Of a DNA stretch of 64,000 nt, positions 1-12,258 are shown piece by piece. The translations under genes were made by a program, and so were the position numbers. Below the pieces are notes generated by a model, which did no database searches, had not been told where the DNA came from, and worked only from the letters and a program-made list of their open reading frames with translations. Position 1 is the stretch's first letter, and the number at the start of each line of letters is the position of its first letter. Location of the stretch: NCBI GenBank assembly GCA_036677065.1, contig JAKFBS010000001.1:128001-192000 (forward strand). The letters run 5' to 3'. The DNA comes from Bdellovibrio sp. (GTDB lineage Bacteria; Bdellovibrionota; Bdellovibrionia; Bdellovibrionales; Bdellovibrionaceae).

Positions 1-1
1 A

Positions 2-307
2 TATAGCGGAAATGACTCACGATTCTACTCTTCACAAGGGCAACAAAGATCTATCATATTAGCTTTCAAAATGGCTCAAATCGTGTATCATTACAGGGTT
101 AACGGATTCTATCCTGTTTTGTTATTGGATGATGTGTTGTCAGAGCTCGATCAAACTAAGCAAAGTTCGCTTGTTTTGGCGTTGAATGAAATTCAAACGC
201 AGACCTTTCTCACCTCGACTGATATCGAAGTTTTAAAAAAACTGAACATCGATAGTAGTACCGTTTTCAAAGTACAAAATGGATTTGTACAAAGCGAAAA
301 TAAGTAA
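2..307 (+). CDS. recF: DNA replication/repair protein RecF, C-terminal part (starts before the window)
   Basis: Frame open from base 2: YSGNDSRFYSSQGQQRSIILAFK...PVLLLDDVLSELD, the RecF signature motifs; lies directly upstream of gyrB. Confidence 0.95.
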   Translation, partial: YSGNDSRFYSSQGQQRSIILAFKMAQIVYHYRVNGFYPVLLLDDVLSELDQTKQSSLVLALNEIQTQTFLTSTDIEVLKKLNIDSSTVFKVQNGFVQSENK

Positions 308-349
308 TTTTTAAAAATTTAAGTCGTGCTGTAAGCGCGCTAAGTTTGA

Positions 350-2806
<2,457 letters not shown>

Positions 2807-2819
2807 GGGTTAGGAAAAT

Positions 2820-5285
2820 ATGGATTCAAACGAAACACCAGTTAGAGGCGTAACTAACGTAGATATTAATAAAGAAATGCGCGAAGCTTACTTACAGTAC
2901 TCAATGTCTGTAATCGTGGGCCGTGCATTACCAGATGTTCGTGATGGTTTAAAACCAGTTCACAGACGCGTGTTGTTCGCTCAACATGAATTATCAAATA
3001 CTCATGATAAACCCTATAAAAAATCGGCACGTGTTGTCGGTGACGTTATCGGTAAATACCATCCACACGGTGATACTGCGGCTTACGACACTATGGTTCG
3101 TATGGCGCAAGATTTCTCGCTTCGCTACCCGTTGATTGATGGTCAAGGTAACTTCGGTTCTATCGATGGCGATTCGGCCGCAGCTTCTCGTTATACAGAA
3201 GTTCGTATGACTCGTTTAGCAGAAGAATTACTTGCTGATATCGAAAAAGAAACTGTAGCTCATGGGCCCAATTACGATGACTCTTTAGAAATTCCGTTAG
3301 TTTTACCTGCTAAATTTCCTAATTTATTAGTGAATGGTTCATCAGGTATTGCGGTTGGTATGGCGACAAATATTCCGCCACACAACTTGGGCGAAGTTAT
3401 CGACGGAGCAATTCATTTAATTAATAATCCAGACTGTTCGATCGATGAATTAATCGAAAGAATTCCAGGCCCGGATTTTCCAACAGCAGGTTTAATCGCA
3501 GGCCGCGCAGGTATTTTACAGGCTTATAAAAAAGGCCGCGGGATCATCACTTTAAAAGCGCGCACTGAAATTGAAACTAAAAAAGACCACGAAGAAATTA
3601 TCGTGACTGAACTTCCGTACCAAGTGAATAAAGCAAAACTTATTGAAAGTATTGCTGATCTTGTGAAAGAAAAAACTGTTGAAGGTATTTCTGATATCCG
3701 CGACGAATCTTCTCGCGAAGGTATGCGCGTAGTTATTATTTTAAAACGTAACGAAAACGCATCTGTTATTTTAAATCGTTTATTTAAATACACTCAGCTT
3801 CAAGTAAGCTTTGGTATTATTATGCTTGCGATTGATAAAACGAATCAGCCGGTAACATTCGATTTAAAAGCGATGTTAGAAGCTTTCGTCGATCACAGAC
3901 GTGATGTTGTAACGAAACGTTGTATTTTCGAGCTTAAAAAAGCACAAGAGCGCGCACATATTTTAGAGGGCTTGAAAAAAGCGTTAGACAATATCGATGC
4001 GGTTATCGCTACGATTAAAGCTTCAAAAGAAGCTAACCAGGCTCGTGAAGCATTACAAACTACATTTCAATTCTCTGAGCGTCAGGCAACGGCGATCTTA
4101 GAAATGCGTTTACAACGTTTAACTGGTTTAGAAATTCAAAAAATCATTGATGAATTGGCAGAGATCACAAAACAAATTAACTGGTTAAGATTCGTTTTAG
4201 CTGACGTTAAAGAAATCTATAAAATCATCGTGGGTGAATTAGAAGACATCAGAAAAAAATATGCAGATCCACGCCGCTCTGAAATTACAGGCGATATGGA
4301 AGATCTTGAAGACGAAGATTTAATTGCTGATGAAGCAATGGTTGTGACTGTGACTAACACAGGCTACATCAAGCGTATTTCGACTGAAGAATACCGCGTT
4401 CAAAAACGTGGCGGTAAAGGTCTTAAAGGCATGGAGACTCGCGAAGAGGACTATGTAACAGATATCTTTACAGCAAGTACGAAAACTCAATTATTAGTGT
4501 TCACAGATAAAGGCAAAGTTTACTGGTGTAAAGTTCATAAATTACCATTGGGTAACAGAACTTCTAAAGGTAAAGCGATTGCCAATGTGGTTCAGCTTGC
4601 AGCTGGCGAAAAAGTAAAAGCAATTCTTCCTGTGAATGAATTCAGCGAAAATAAATATGTTGTGATGTTAACTGAAAAAGGGATCATCAAAAAAACATCT
4701 TTAGATGCATTTAATAATCCACGCCAAGCAGGTATTATTGCCTTAACTACGGATCTTGATGATCAGTTAGTGGCAGCAAAAATTTCTGATGGCCAAAGTG
4801 ATATTTTCATCGCAACCAAAGAAGGTATGTCGATTCGTTTTAATGAAGATGATGTGCGTGGCATGGGCCGTTCAGCTCGTGGCGTGAAAGGTATGACTTT
4901 AGCTAAAGAAGATATCGTCGTGGGCTTCCAAGTGATCGAGAAAGACACGAAAGATACTTTATTGATGGTAACTTCAAAAGGTTACGGCAAGCGTTCAGAA
5001 GTATCAGAATATCGCGTACAAAGCCGCGGTGGGGTTGGTATCATTACGCAAAAAACAACGGATAAAGTTGGTATTGTGGTTGGAACATTAAAAGTTAATG
5101 CGACACAAGAATTGATTTTATCTACGGATCAAGGCCAAGTTATTAGAATGAAAATTTCTGATATTTCTGTTCTTGGACGCAATACTCAAGGTGTTAGACT
5201 AATTAACTTAGATGAAAAACAAGAATTCGTGTCAGGTTTAGCTGTTGTCGATGATGAAGATAAAGCCGGCGAAGAAATCCATTAA
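2820..5285 (+). CDS. gyrA: DNA gyrase subunit A
   Basis: RALPDVRDGLKPVHRR, YHPHGD, catalytic RYTE, GyrA box QKRGGKG, C-terminal pinwheel repeats. Confidence 0.98.
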   Translation: MDSNETPVRGVTNVDINKEMREAYLQYSMSVIVGRALPDVRDGLKPVHRRVLFAQHELSNTHDKPYKKSARVVGDVIGKYHPHGDTAAYDTMVRMAQDFSLRYPLIDGQGNFGSIDGDSAAASRYTEVRMTRLAEELLADIEKETVAHGPNYDDSLEIPLVLPAKFPNLLVNGSSGIAVGMATNIPPHNLGEVIDGAIHLINNPDCSIDELIERIPGPDFPTAGLIAGRAGILQAYKKGRGIITLKARTEIETKKDHEEIIVTELPYQVNKAKLIESIADLVKEKTVEGISDIRDESSREGMRVVIILKRNENASVILNRLFKYTQLQVSFGIIMLAIDKTNQPVTFDLKAMLEAFVDHRRDVVTKRCIFELKKAQERAHILEGLKKALDNIDAVIATIKASKEANQAREALQTTFQFSERQATAILEMRLQRLTGLEIQKIIDELAEITKQINWLRFVLADVKEIYKIIVGELEDIRKKYADPRRSEITGDMEDLEDEDLIADEAMVVTVTNTGYIKRISTEEYRVQKRGGKGLKGMETREEDYVTDIFTASTKTQLLVFTDKGKVYWCKVHKLPLGNRTSKGKAIANVVQLAAGEKVKAILPVNEFSENKYVVMLTEKGIIKKTSLDAFNNPRQAGIIALTTDLDDQLVAAKISDGQSDIFIATKEGMSIRFNEDDVRGMGRSARGVKGMTLAKEDIVVGFQVIEKDTKDTLLMVTSKGYGKRSEVSEYRVQSRGGVGIITQKTTDKVGIVVGTLKVNATQELILSTDQGQVIRMKISDISVLGRNTQGVRLINLDEKQEFVSGLAVVDDEDKAGEEIH

Positions 5286-6072
5286 TTTATTCATACTTCT
5301 ATTAACGGCAAGCGCACTTAGCGCTTGCCAATCTAGAGCTGAAAAATTTTATCATCTTGCGCAAACAAAAATCGAACAGCGTCAGTTTTCTGATGCTGTA
5401 GAGTTATTAGAAAACTCTGCTGAATTAGAAAAAAATAATCGTAATTGGTCTAGAACAAATTTTGAAATTGCCCGAATCCTGCGTTTTGAAATTCAAGACT
5501 ACAACAAAGCCCTTCTCGTTTACCGCGAACTCATCTTAAAATCTGAAGAAGCCTCTATTCGTTTATTATCACAGGAAGCGATTGCTGAAATTTATTTTGA
5601 AAATATTCAAGACTACATTACGGCAGTTAAAGAATATTTATTATTAGAATCACTGATTAGAGATCCTGAAAAGCTAGAACACATTCGACTTAAAATTGCT
5701 CAGTGCTATAGATACACCGGAAGTTTTAAAACAGCGCTTGAATATATCGAAGTATTTTTAAACTCAGCTAAGACTGAAAAAAATTCTTTTTTAAAATTAA
5801 AAGCTCAAACCTATGCCTCTTTAGGGCAATACGACGAAGCCATTAAAAACTATAATTTAATTCTAACGAACGATCCGAAATACTTTTTAGATGAAAACCT
5901 ATATGTAGTGGTTGCGATGGCTTACGAAGAAAAACAGGATTACAAAACGGCTTTGGCCTACATTCAACAAAACAAAAATAAAATTAAAGACGGATCGTAT
6001 GTTGATCTAAGAGTTAAGCGACTAAATGAAAAGCTTTTGAATAAACCTTTCACTAAGGGAGTTCGTAAATGA
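5245..6072 (+). CDS. TPR-containing lipoprotein
   Basis: Lipobox-like LSAC after a hydrophobic stretch; repeated helical TPR-like motifs (AQCY, AQTYASLGQYDEA). Confidence 0.75.
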   Translation: MSMMKIKPAKKSINLFILLLTASALSACQSRAEKFYHLAQTKIEQRQFSDAVELLENSAELEKNNRNWSRTNFEIARILRFEIQDYNKALLVYRELILKSEEASIRLLSQEAIAEIYFENIQDYITAVKEYLLLESLIRDPEKLEHIRLKIAQCYRYTGSFKTALEYIEVFLNSAKTEKNSFLKLKAQTYASLGQYDEAIKNYNLILTNDPKYFLDENLYVVVAMAYEEKQDYKTALAYIQQNKNKIKDGSYVDLRVKRLNEKLLNKPFTKGVRK

Positions 6073-6287
6073 GTAAGCCGGTGAAGAAAAATAAATACCT
6101 TATGTTCGGTGCGATTGGCTTTGAATTGATATCGCTTATTTTGTTTGCAATTTATGGCGGCGAATATCTGGTGAAACAAGGCTACCCTAATTATTTAAAA
6201 GCTTTACTTATTGTTTTGGCATTTGTTGTGTGGTTTATCAGTCTTATCACCAAGTTACGCTCGATCGAAAAAAGTAAAGATCAGTAG
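6069..6287 (+). CDS. AtpZ/AtpI-like small membrane protein
   Basis: 72 aa, two hydrophobic segments, IGFEL motif, first small gene before atpB. Confidence 0.7.
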   Translation: MSKPVKKNKYLMFGAIGFELISLILFAIYGGEYLVKQGYPNYLKALLIVLAFVVWFISLITKLRSIEKSKDQ

Positions 6288-6300
6288 AAAGAACTCTGCA

Positions 6301-6651
6301 ATGATTAAAAAAATCGCACTTTTATCTTTGTTAACCGCTGTAGTTGCGGGATTGGCCGCTTGGCTTTTCACAAAACCGGATATGGCTGCAACCGGATTTG
6401 CGACCCATGTGATGTTGATTCTAAATATGCTAGGAATTTGGCTTATTTGGAGTGTGGTTTTCGAGAAAAAATCGGTTGCCCTAGGGGTCGTGATCATTAT
6501 ATTAAAATACCCATTGCTTGGATATATTGTCGTACAGATGAGCCGCCAAACTTGGTTTAGTTCTATTGGCGTTTTAATCGGATTTTCATCGTTTGTACTT
6601 TCAATCGTCTTAGCAGCATTAGTTAGACATAAACTTGAAAACAAAACTTAA
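6301..6651 (+). CDS. atpI: ATP synthase protein I-like membrane protein
   Basis: About four TM segments, directly upstream of atpB; ATG at 6301 is the likely start. Confidence 0.65.
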   Translation: MIKKIALLSLLTAVVAGLAAWLFTKPDMAATGFATHVMLILNMLGIWLIWSVVFEKKSVALGVVIIILKYPLLGYIVVQMSRQTWFSSIGVLIGFSSFVLSIVLAALVRHKLENKT

Positions 6652-6668
6652 AGCGTAAGGAAACGATT

Positions 6669-7349
6669 ATGCATTTTAACTGGACGCAATTATTAGTGGG
6701 TCATCACTATGCTCACGTAGCAACTCTTGTTCTTGCTACTGTACTAACGATCATTTTAGGCCTAGTAGCTCGTGTATCATTAGGATCTGGCGATGCAGCA
6801 GTTATCCCAACAGGAAAATTTTCTGTTCGCGGTGTTTTCGAATTCTTAACTGAATACCTTTACAACTTAGCAAGCCAAGTTATTGGCGCACACGGTAGAG
6901 CTTTCGGCCCGTACTTCGCGGCGATTTTTACTTTCATCTTAATCAACAACTTCTTAGGTTTATTACCTGGAATGACTCCTGCAACTGATAACTTCAACAC
7001 GACATTTGCTTTCGGTGTGTTTTCTTTCTTAGCGTACAATGTTGTTGGTTTAAAAGAAGGTGGCTTGGGTTACCTTAAACATTTCTTGGGCCCAGTTTTA
7101 GCGTTGGCTCCTTTGATGTTAATCATCGAGTTAATTTCTCACTTTATCCGTCCATTAACTTTAGGTTTACGTTTAGCGAATGTAATGACAGGTGACCATG
7201 CGGTATTAACAGTTTTCTTAAACTTGTTTCCGATCGGGCCTGCAATTCCATTTTACTTAATGGGAATGCTTGTTTGCGTAATTCAAGCGTTCGTATTCAC
7301 TTTATTATCAATGGTCTACGTGGCTCTTGCTACAGCCCACGACCACTAA
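6669..7349 (+). CDS. atpB: F0 ATP synthase subunit a
   Basis: ELISHFIRPLTLGLRLANVM (conserved Arg), IQAFVFTLLSMVY. Confidence 0.97.
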   Translation: MHFNWTQLLVGHHYAHVATLVLATVLTIILGLVARVSLGSGDAAVIPTGKFSVRGVFEFLTEYLYNLASQVIGAHGRAFGPYFAAIFTFILINNFLGLLPGMTPATDNFNTTFAFGVFSFLAYNVVGLKEGGLGYLKHFLGPVLALAPLMLIIELISHFIRPLTLGLRLANVMTGDHAVLTVFLNLFPIGPAIPFYLMGMLVCVIQAFVFTLLSMVYVALATAHDH

Positions 7350-7383
7350 TACACAACACCCTTAATTGGGTAAGGAGATCCCC

Positions 7384-7701
7384 ATGAAAAAAGCAATTTT
7401 ATTTGCTACAACATTATTAGCTTCTGTTAGCGTTTTCGCTCAAGATGCTGCTGCAGCTTCTTCTAATAGCGGTTTAATCGCTATCGGTGCTGCTATCGCA
7501 ATCGGTTTAGCTGTTTACGGCGGAACTTCTGCACAAGGTAAAGCTGCTTCTGCTGCTTTAGAAGGAATGGCTCGTAATCCAGCTGCTTCTGACAAATTAT
7601 TCACACCGCTTATTTTATCTTTAGCTCTTATCGAGTCTTTAGTTATCTTAGCGTTCCTAGTTGCTTTCGTAAAATTACCAGCAGCTGGTTTCGGTTTCTA
7701 A
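7384..7701 (+). CDS. atpE: F0 ATP synthase subunit c with N-terminal signal-peptide-like extension
   Basis: ARNP loop, LALIESL proton-carrying Glu; SD AAGGAG before ATG 7384. Confidence 0.96.
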   Translation: MKKAILFATTLLASVSVFAQDAAAASSNSGLIAIGAAIAIGLAVYGGTSAQGKAASAALEGMARNPAASDKLFTPLILSLALIESLVILAFLVAFVKLPAAGFGF

Positions 7702-7731
7702 TTTTTTCTCACGAAGAAATATGAAAATAGA

Positions 7732-7762
7732 AAGAGTCGGTTTTATACCGGCTCTTTTTTTT
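7732..7762 (+). terminator. Intrinsic terminator after atpE
   Basis: AAGAGTCGGT-ttat-ACCGGCTCTT-type hairpin followed by a T run. Confidence 0.8.
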
Positions 7763-7770
7763 GGTTCGAA

Positions 7771-7873
7771 GGTAGGCCGTACCTTTTTGGGGAGCAGCGA
7801 GTCTATTGGTTAACTTCACCGCTCCGCTGTCTATCATCCTTGGTGGGTATCTTCTGCCCTCCTGGCAGAAGAG
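7771..7873. repeat. REP-like intergenic element (half-site shared with 36085-36137) plus a hairpin
   Basis: GGTAGGCCGTACCTTTTTGG at 7771-7790 resembles both arms of the 36085 palindrome; hairpin TCTTCTGCC-ctcct-GGCAGAAGA nearby. Confidence 0.5.
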
Positions 7874-7937
7874 TGAGAATAAAAAAAGGACTGAATTTCT
7901 TCAGCCCTTCATTTTAATAAGATTCTAATTTTAATTC

Positions 7938-9305
7938 CTATAAGTACTTATTAACTACGTTCATTACTGAGTCTTGGATTTTCTTTAATCCGGCTTCAGA
8001 TGATGATTCGAAACGTACTACTAATACTGGTTGTGTATTAGAGGCTCTTGCCAGGGCCCAGCCGTCTGCAAAACTGATTCTGATGCCGTCGATTAGATTT
8101 ACTTTGTAATCGTCTGAAGGTTTTAAGAAAGCTTCTTTTACTTTTTCTACGATTAATACTTTTTTCTCTTCTGTCGTATCAATTCTGATTTCTGGTGTGT
8201 TGAATGCCGGTGGCAAGCCTTCTAATAATTGCTGAACGTTCTTTCCTGTCTGAGAAAGGATTTCGCATAGACGCAAACCTGCGTATGGAGCATCGTCGTA
8301 ACCGTAGTTTCTGTCGGCGAAAAAGATGTGGCCCGACATTTCACCACCGAAGGGTGCTTTTTCTGATTTAACTTTATCTTTGATTAAGCTGTGACCGGTT
8401 TTCCATAATACCGGAACACCGCCGTGTTTAGCGATATCTGCATACATTCTATCAGAGCATTTTACATCGCCCACCACTTTGCCACCCTTGTTAGTAGCAA
8501 GAATAGAGCGTGCATAGATCGTCATTAATTCATCGCCGTAAATCATTTTTCCTGTGTGATCAACGATACCGATACGATCTGCATCGCCATCAAAACCGAT
8601 TCCGCAGATTGCGCCTGTTTCTTTTACGCGTTTTGCAAGATCAACTAAGTTTTCTTCTACTGTTGGATCTGGATGGTGATTAGGAAAATTTCCGTCAGGT
8701 TGTTCGAATAAAATTTCTGGAGTTAAGCCTACAGCTTCGAATAATCTTTTTACGATTACGCCGCCGGCGCCGTTACCGCAATCAAGAACTACCTTGATTG
8801 GCTTTAACTGCCCGAATTCTTTTTTGTAGCGCTCTAAGTATTCAGGAAAAATATCGTGGTCTTTTGAAGAGCCAGATCCTGTGATGTAATCTTTTTCAGA
8901 AATGATTTTGTAGAGTTCTTGAATTTCAGCGCCGTGAATAGTGGTTTTGCCGAAAGAAATTTTAAAACCGTTATACTCTGGTGGATTGTGCGAACCCGTT
9001 ACCATGATGCCGCCATCTAGATCTAGGGCGAATGTTGAGAAATAACTGATTGGCGAAGTCACCATTCCAAGCATGTAAACTTCTGCACCAGATTCAACAA
9101 AACCTTTTCTTAGATTTTCGATTAATGGAATAGAAGAGGTTCTGGCATCGTGGCCTAAAGATAAACGAAAAGATTTTTTACCTGTTTTTTTGTAAACGTA
9201 AGAGCAAAAAGCTTTTCCTAGGTTGTAAGCGAATTCATCGTCGAATTGTTTGTTATAAACTCCGCGGATATCGTATTCACGAAAAATAATTGGGCTGATA
9301 ATCAT
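7938..9305 (-). CDS. Phosphomannomutase/phosphoglucomutase
   Basis: IFREYDIRG, TGSHNP phosphoserine motif, FDGDADR, GEMSGH, RASNTQP (AlgC-like). Confidence 0.95.
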   Translation of the reverse strand: MIISPIIFREYDIRGVYNKQFDDEFAYNLGKAFCSYVYKKTGKKSFRLSLGHDARTSSIPLIENLRKGFVESGAEVYMLGMVTSPISYFSTFALDLDGGIMVTGSHNPPEYNGFKISFGKTTIHGAEIQELYKIISEKDYITGSGSSKDHDIFPEYLERYKKEFGQLKPIKVVLDCGNGAGGVIVKRLFEAVGLTPEILFEQPDGNFPNHHPDPTVEENLVDLAKRVKETGAICGIGFDGDADRIGIVDHTGKMIYGDELMTIYARSILATNKGGKVVGDVKCSDRMYADIAKHGGVPVLWKTGHSLIKDKVKSEKAPFGGEMSGHIFFADRNYGYDDAPYAGLRLCEILSQTGKNVQQLLEGLPPAFNTPEIRIDTTEEKKVLIVEKVKEAFLKPSDDYKVNLIDGIRISFADGWALARASNTQPVLVVRFESSSEAGLKKIQDSVMNVVNKYL

Positions 9306-10285
9306 GTTTTTTTTCCTCTCAGTAACTGTAAATTTAACTCAATCGCCTCACGCATGGAATTGGCGTTAGCTTTGTTTTTATTATAAATATCTTTAGCTGT
9401 TCCATGATCTACGCTGGTGCGTAGAAATGGTAGTCCTAACGTAATGTGAACGCCCGAGTCCTGACCATGGATCATTTTAAATGGGATTAAACCTTGGTCA
9501 TGATACAGAGCCAGGTAGGTCGAATATTTTGACCAATTGCTAGGAAAAAAAGCTGCATCTGGAACCAGCGGCTGCGATAAATGTTTATATTTCTTCACTA
9601 GCGGTAGTAAAACTTTTTGTTCGAAAGACCCAACCACACCTTTTTCACCGGCGTGTGGATTTAAACCTAAAAGGCCTACGGGCTTACCACTAGATAGCAG
9701 TGTTTGTAGTTTTTTTGCCGCCAAAATACTGCCTGTGAGTTTCTGTGTGGATAAGTCCTTTTCAACATCTTTTAGTGCAATATGATCTGTGGCAATGATG
9801 ACATTAAACTTATTACCCACAAAACCCATAAACATTGGATACTTTGGAAAGTAATGACGAAAGATTCCGGTGTGGCCGACAAACTTATACCCTGCATCTT
9901 TGATTAAAGTCTTAGAAATTGGAGCTGTGACTAATGAATCAAAAATTTTATCACGACAAAGCTCTGTTGCTTCGATAATCCAATCAGCAGCATTGGTTGA
10001 AAGCTCGAGGTCGAATAAGAACTTACTATCAAGAGCCTTAGCACTTTTTAAAATATAATAAAATGCCAGAGCCGCTTTAGTTGTTTTAAACGTTAAGCGA
10101 CAAAAGTTTTTATCCAATAATTGAAAATAGCGTTTTTGATTTTTTTCTTGGTTCTTGTCGCGAAATATAAAAAACGATGCATTTTTTTGCGGGCCAAGTT
10201 TAGCCAAAGCTTTGGCTGTAACTTCAAAACCAATACCATCGGGGTCACCGGTGGTAATTGCTACTGCAGAAAATTTATTACTCAT
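9302..10285 (-). CDS. pdxA: 4-hydroxythreonine-4-phosphate dehydrogenase
   Basis: GDPDGIGFE, GHT, GLNPHAGE, YHDQGLIPFK, RTSVDHGTA. Confidence 0.93.
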   Translation of the reverse strand: MSNKFSAVAITTGDPDGIGFEVTAKALAKLGPQKNASFFIFRDKNQEKNQKRYFQLLDKNFCRLTFKTTKAALAFYYILKSAKALDSKFLFDLELSTNAADWIIEATELCRDKIFDSLVTAPISKTLIKDAGYKFVGHTGIFRHYFPKYPMFMGFVGNKFNVIIATDHIALKDVEKDLSTQKLTGSILAAKKLQTLLSSGKPVGLLGLNPHAGEKGVVGSFEQKVLLPLVKKYKHLSQPLVPDAAFFPSNWSKYSTYLALYHDQGLIPFKMIHGQDSGVHITLGLPFLRTSVDHGTAKDIYNKNKANANSMREAIELNLQLLRGKKT

Positions 10286-11264
10286 ATAGCTTGATGTAGG
10301 CGTCTTGTTTTTTAGATTCGAACCAGTTTTTTAATTGGCGCTTGAAATTTTTTTCAACAAGCCCTGCTTTGATTTGTTCTTTGTAGCGTAAAAACATTGG
10401 GTCTTGAGTTACTTTTTTATCTAAAACTTTTAAAATTTGAAAACCACGCGAGGTGCGTACAATTTGCGAAGTTTCGCCGGCTTCTAAATTAGCGACAGCT
10501 TTTTCCATTTCGGCATTTAGTTCACCAGTTTTAAACTGACCCAAATAACCGCCAGCATTTGCATTTGCATCTTCATTATATTTATCGGCTAACGTTTCGA
10601 AAGATTCGCCGGCTTGCAGTTTTTTGTAAACTGCATCAGCGCGCTTTAAAGCTTCTTCGGGAGTACCTTTGCGTGGATTAAAGAAAATCATTCCCACTTT
10701 AATTTCGTTTACGTTAGGTTTGTATTTAGGATTACGGTTTTTATATTCGTTGTAGGCGTCTTCATCAGTGATGCGAAGTTTGGCAACAATTTCAGATTCA
10801 AAAAAGCTTTGGCGCTCTAAGCGCGATTTCAAAGTTTTTTTGTAATCAGCGATGTTGTAGCCCTGTTTTTTTAAATAAGTTTCTAACTCAGTTCTGTTCA
10901 TCTGATTTTTTTTAGCCAGGTTACCCATTTCTTCGTTAATGCGTTCTTCAGTAAAAGATAGATTTTGGCGTTTAATTTCTGACTCGACTAATTTTTCGCG
11001 AATTAAATACTGTAATTGAATTGCGCGGCTAGATTTAAGATCTTCGATTTTATCATCTAATAACATTGTATCATCAATTGAGCCTTCTTTTTTTAAGCGT
11101 GAAGGAATTTCGTTAAGATCAGATTGTAAAACAGCTTCTGAACCAACGGTTGCGATAATCTTGTCGATCAATTCAGATTTTTTAGTGTTTTCTTTGGCAG
11201 GAGCAGCCGCTGAAATTGAAGAAATAGAAAGTATAAATGCAAGACAGATAAATAAGCGTTTCAT
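10278..11264 (-). CDS. SurA-like periplasmic chaperone / parvulin PPIase
   Basis: Signal peptide, SurA N-domain (IDKIIATVG), parvulin motifs (FETLA..GGYLG..GFQILKV); next to pdxA. Confidence 0.85.
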   Translation of the reverse strand: MKRLFICLAFILSISSISAAAPAKENTKKSELIDKIIATVGSEAVLQSDLNEIPSRLKKEGSIDDTMLLDDKIEDLKSSRAIQLQYLIREKLVESEIKRQNLSFTEERINEEMGNLAKKNQMNRTELETYLKKQGYNIADYKKTLKSRLERQSFFESEIVAKLRITDEDAYNEYKNRNPKYKPNVNEIKVGMIFFNPRKGTPEEALKRADAVYKKLQAGESFETLADKYNEDANANAGGYLGQFKTGELNAEMEKAVANLEAGETSQIVRTSRGFQILKVLDKKVTQDPMFLRYKEQIKAGLVEKNFKRQLKNWFESKKQDAYIKLYE

Positions 11265-11279
11265 GCTTTATTTATCTCT

Positions 11280-12242
11280 TTATTCTTCGCGGGTTTCAAC
11301 GACCAAAGCGTCAATAGCAGCATTGTTTCTAAGTATTTTATAGCGCTTAATTTGTTCGTCTAACCAGGCTGAAAAGCGCGCAGATTCGCGAAGAGAAATG
11401 ACCTCAGCTAAGATCTGCGGCTTGACCTCATCAAACAGGCGCTGAAACGACTGCTTGCGCTGAGTGACTTTAAACAAACGATAGCCTTCAGCGACCTGAA
11501 TGGGACCAATAAGCTCGGATTTTTTAGAAATAAATAAAGGTTCAAGCGGAGACCCTTGAGCGCGTTCAATCCAGCCGTACTTCATTGCCGCGGAATTAGC
11601 CCGGTCTAGAGAGTATTCTTTAAACAAACTTTCAAAAGATGACTTACGGTAAAGTTTTTTAACTACGTCTGCTTGGTTTTCATCTTGTAGTAGAATGGAT
11701 TCAGCATGCACGGATTCGTTTTGAAAATATTTAAGTTTATTGTTTTGATAATGGGCCTGTAGCTCTTCGGTGGTTGGCTTTGCCATTTCTTTACGAAGTT
11801 CAGCAAATAAAACATTTCGTTTCAAGCCTATTTCGACAGCCTTACGCCAATCTTGGTAAGATTTATTTTGCGAAGCGAGTTCATCGCGAAAATCTTTATC
11901 ACTTGGAAACTGTGAAATTGTTTGTGCAAGTTCAGCTTCTAAAACTTTTGCATCGACGTGTAATTTTTTATCGGCAAACCATTGTTCAATTAAAGAATCG
12001 ACTAAAAAATCAGAGGTCACCTTAGTTTTAAATGTTTTTAAAACTGAAGGATCTTTTGCCGACAAAGGATCAAGTTCTTTTAGGCGATTGGCTAAAGCCA
12101 TTGAAAATTGGCTTAAGGTCATGGCGCGATTTTCAACCTGCAGCACGACTTTAGATTTTGTGTTGTAAGAAAAAAGATCGCAGCCTGACAGCAACGCCAG
12201 ACATACAAAAAACCCCGCGACGGCGGGGCTTTTGCGGAGCAA
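11280..12242 (-). CDS. SurA/PrsA-like PPIase lipoprotein (degenerate rotamase)
   Basis: Lipobox LSGC, SurA-N-like helices, FESLFKEYS..GWI..GYRLFKV; TTG at 12242 is a probable start (ORF track gives 12284). Confidence 0.75.
   Translation of the reverse strand: MLRKSPAVAGFFVCLALLSGCDLFSYNTKSKVVLQVENRAMTLSQFSMALANRLKELDPLSAKDPSVLKTFKTKVTSDFLVDSLIEQWFADKKLHVDAKVLEAELAQTISQFPSDKDFRDELASQNKSYQDWRKAVEIGLKRNVLFAELRKEMAKPTTEELQAHYQNNKLKYFQNESVHAESILLQDENQADVVKKLYRKSSFESLFKEYSLDRANSAAMKYGWIERAQGSPLEPLFISKKSELIGPIQVAEGYRLFKVTQRKQSFQRLFDEVKPQILAEVISLRESARFSAWLDEQIKRYKILRNNAAIDALVVETREE
12205..12233 (-). terminator. Terminator-like hairpin downstream of the parvulin gene, overlapping the next gene's signal peptide
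   Basis: Minus strand AAAAGCCCCGC-cgtc-GCGGGGTTTTTTGT. Confidence 0.55.
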
Positions 12243-12258
12243 TAAATTTATCTGAGAT

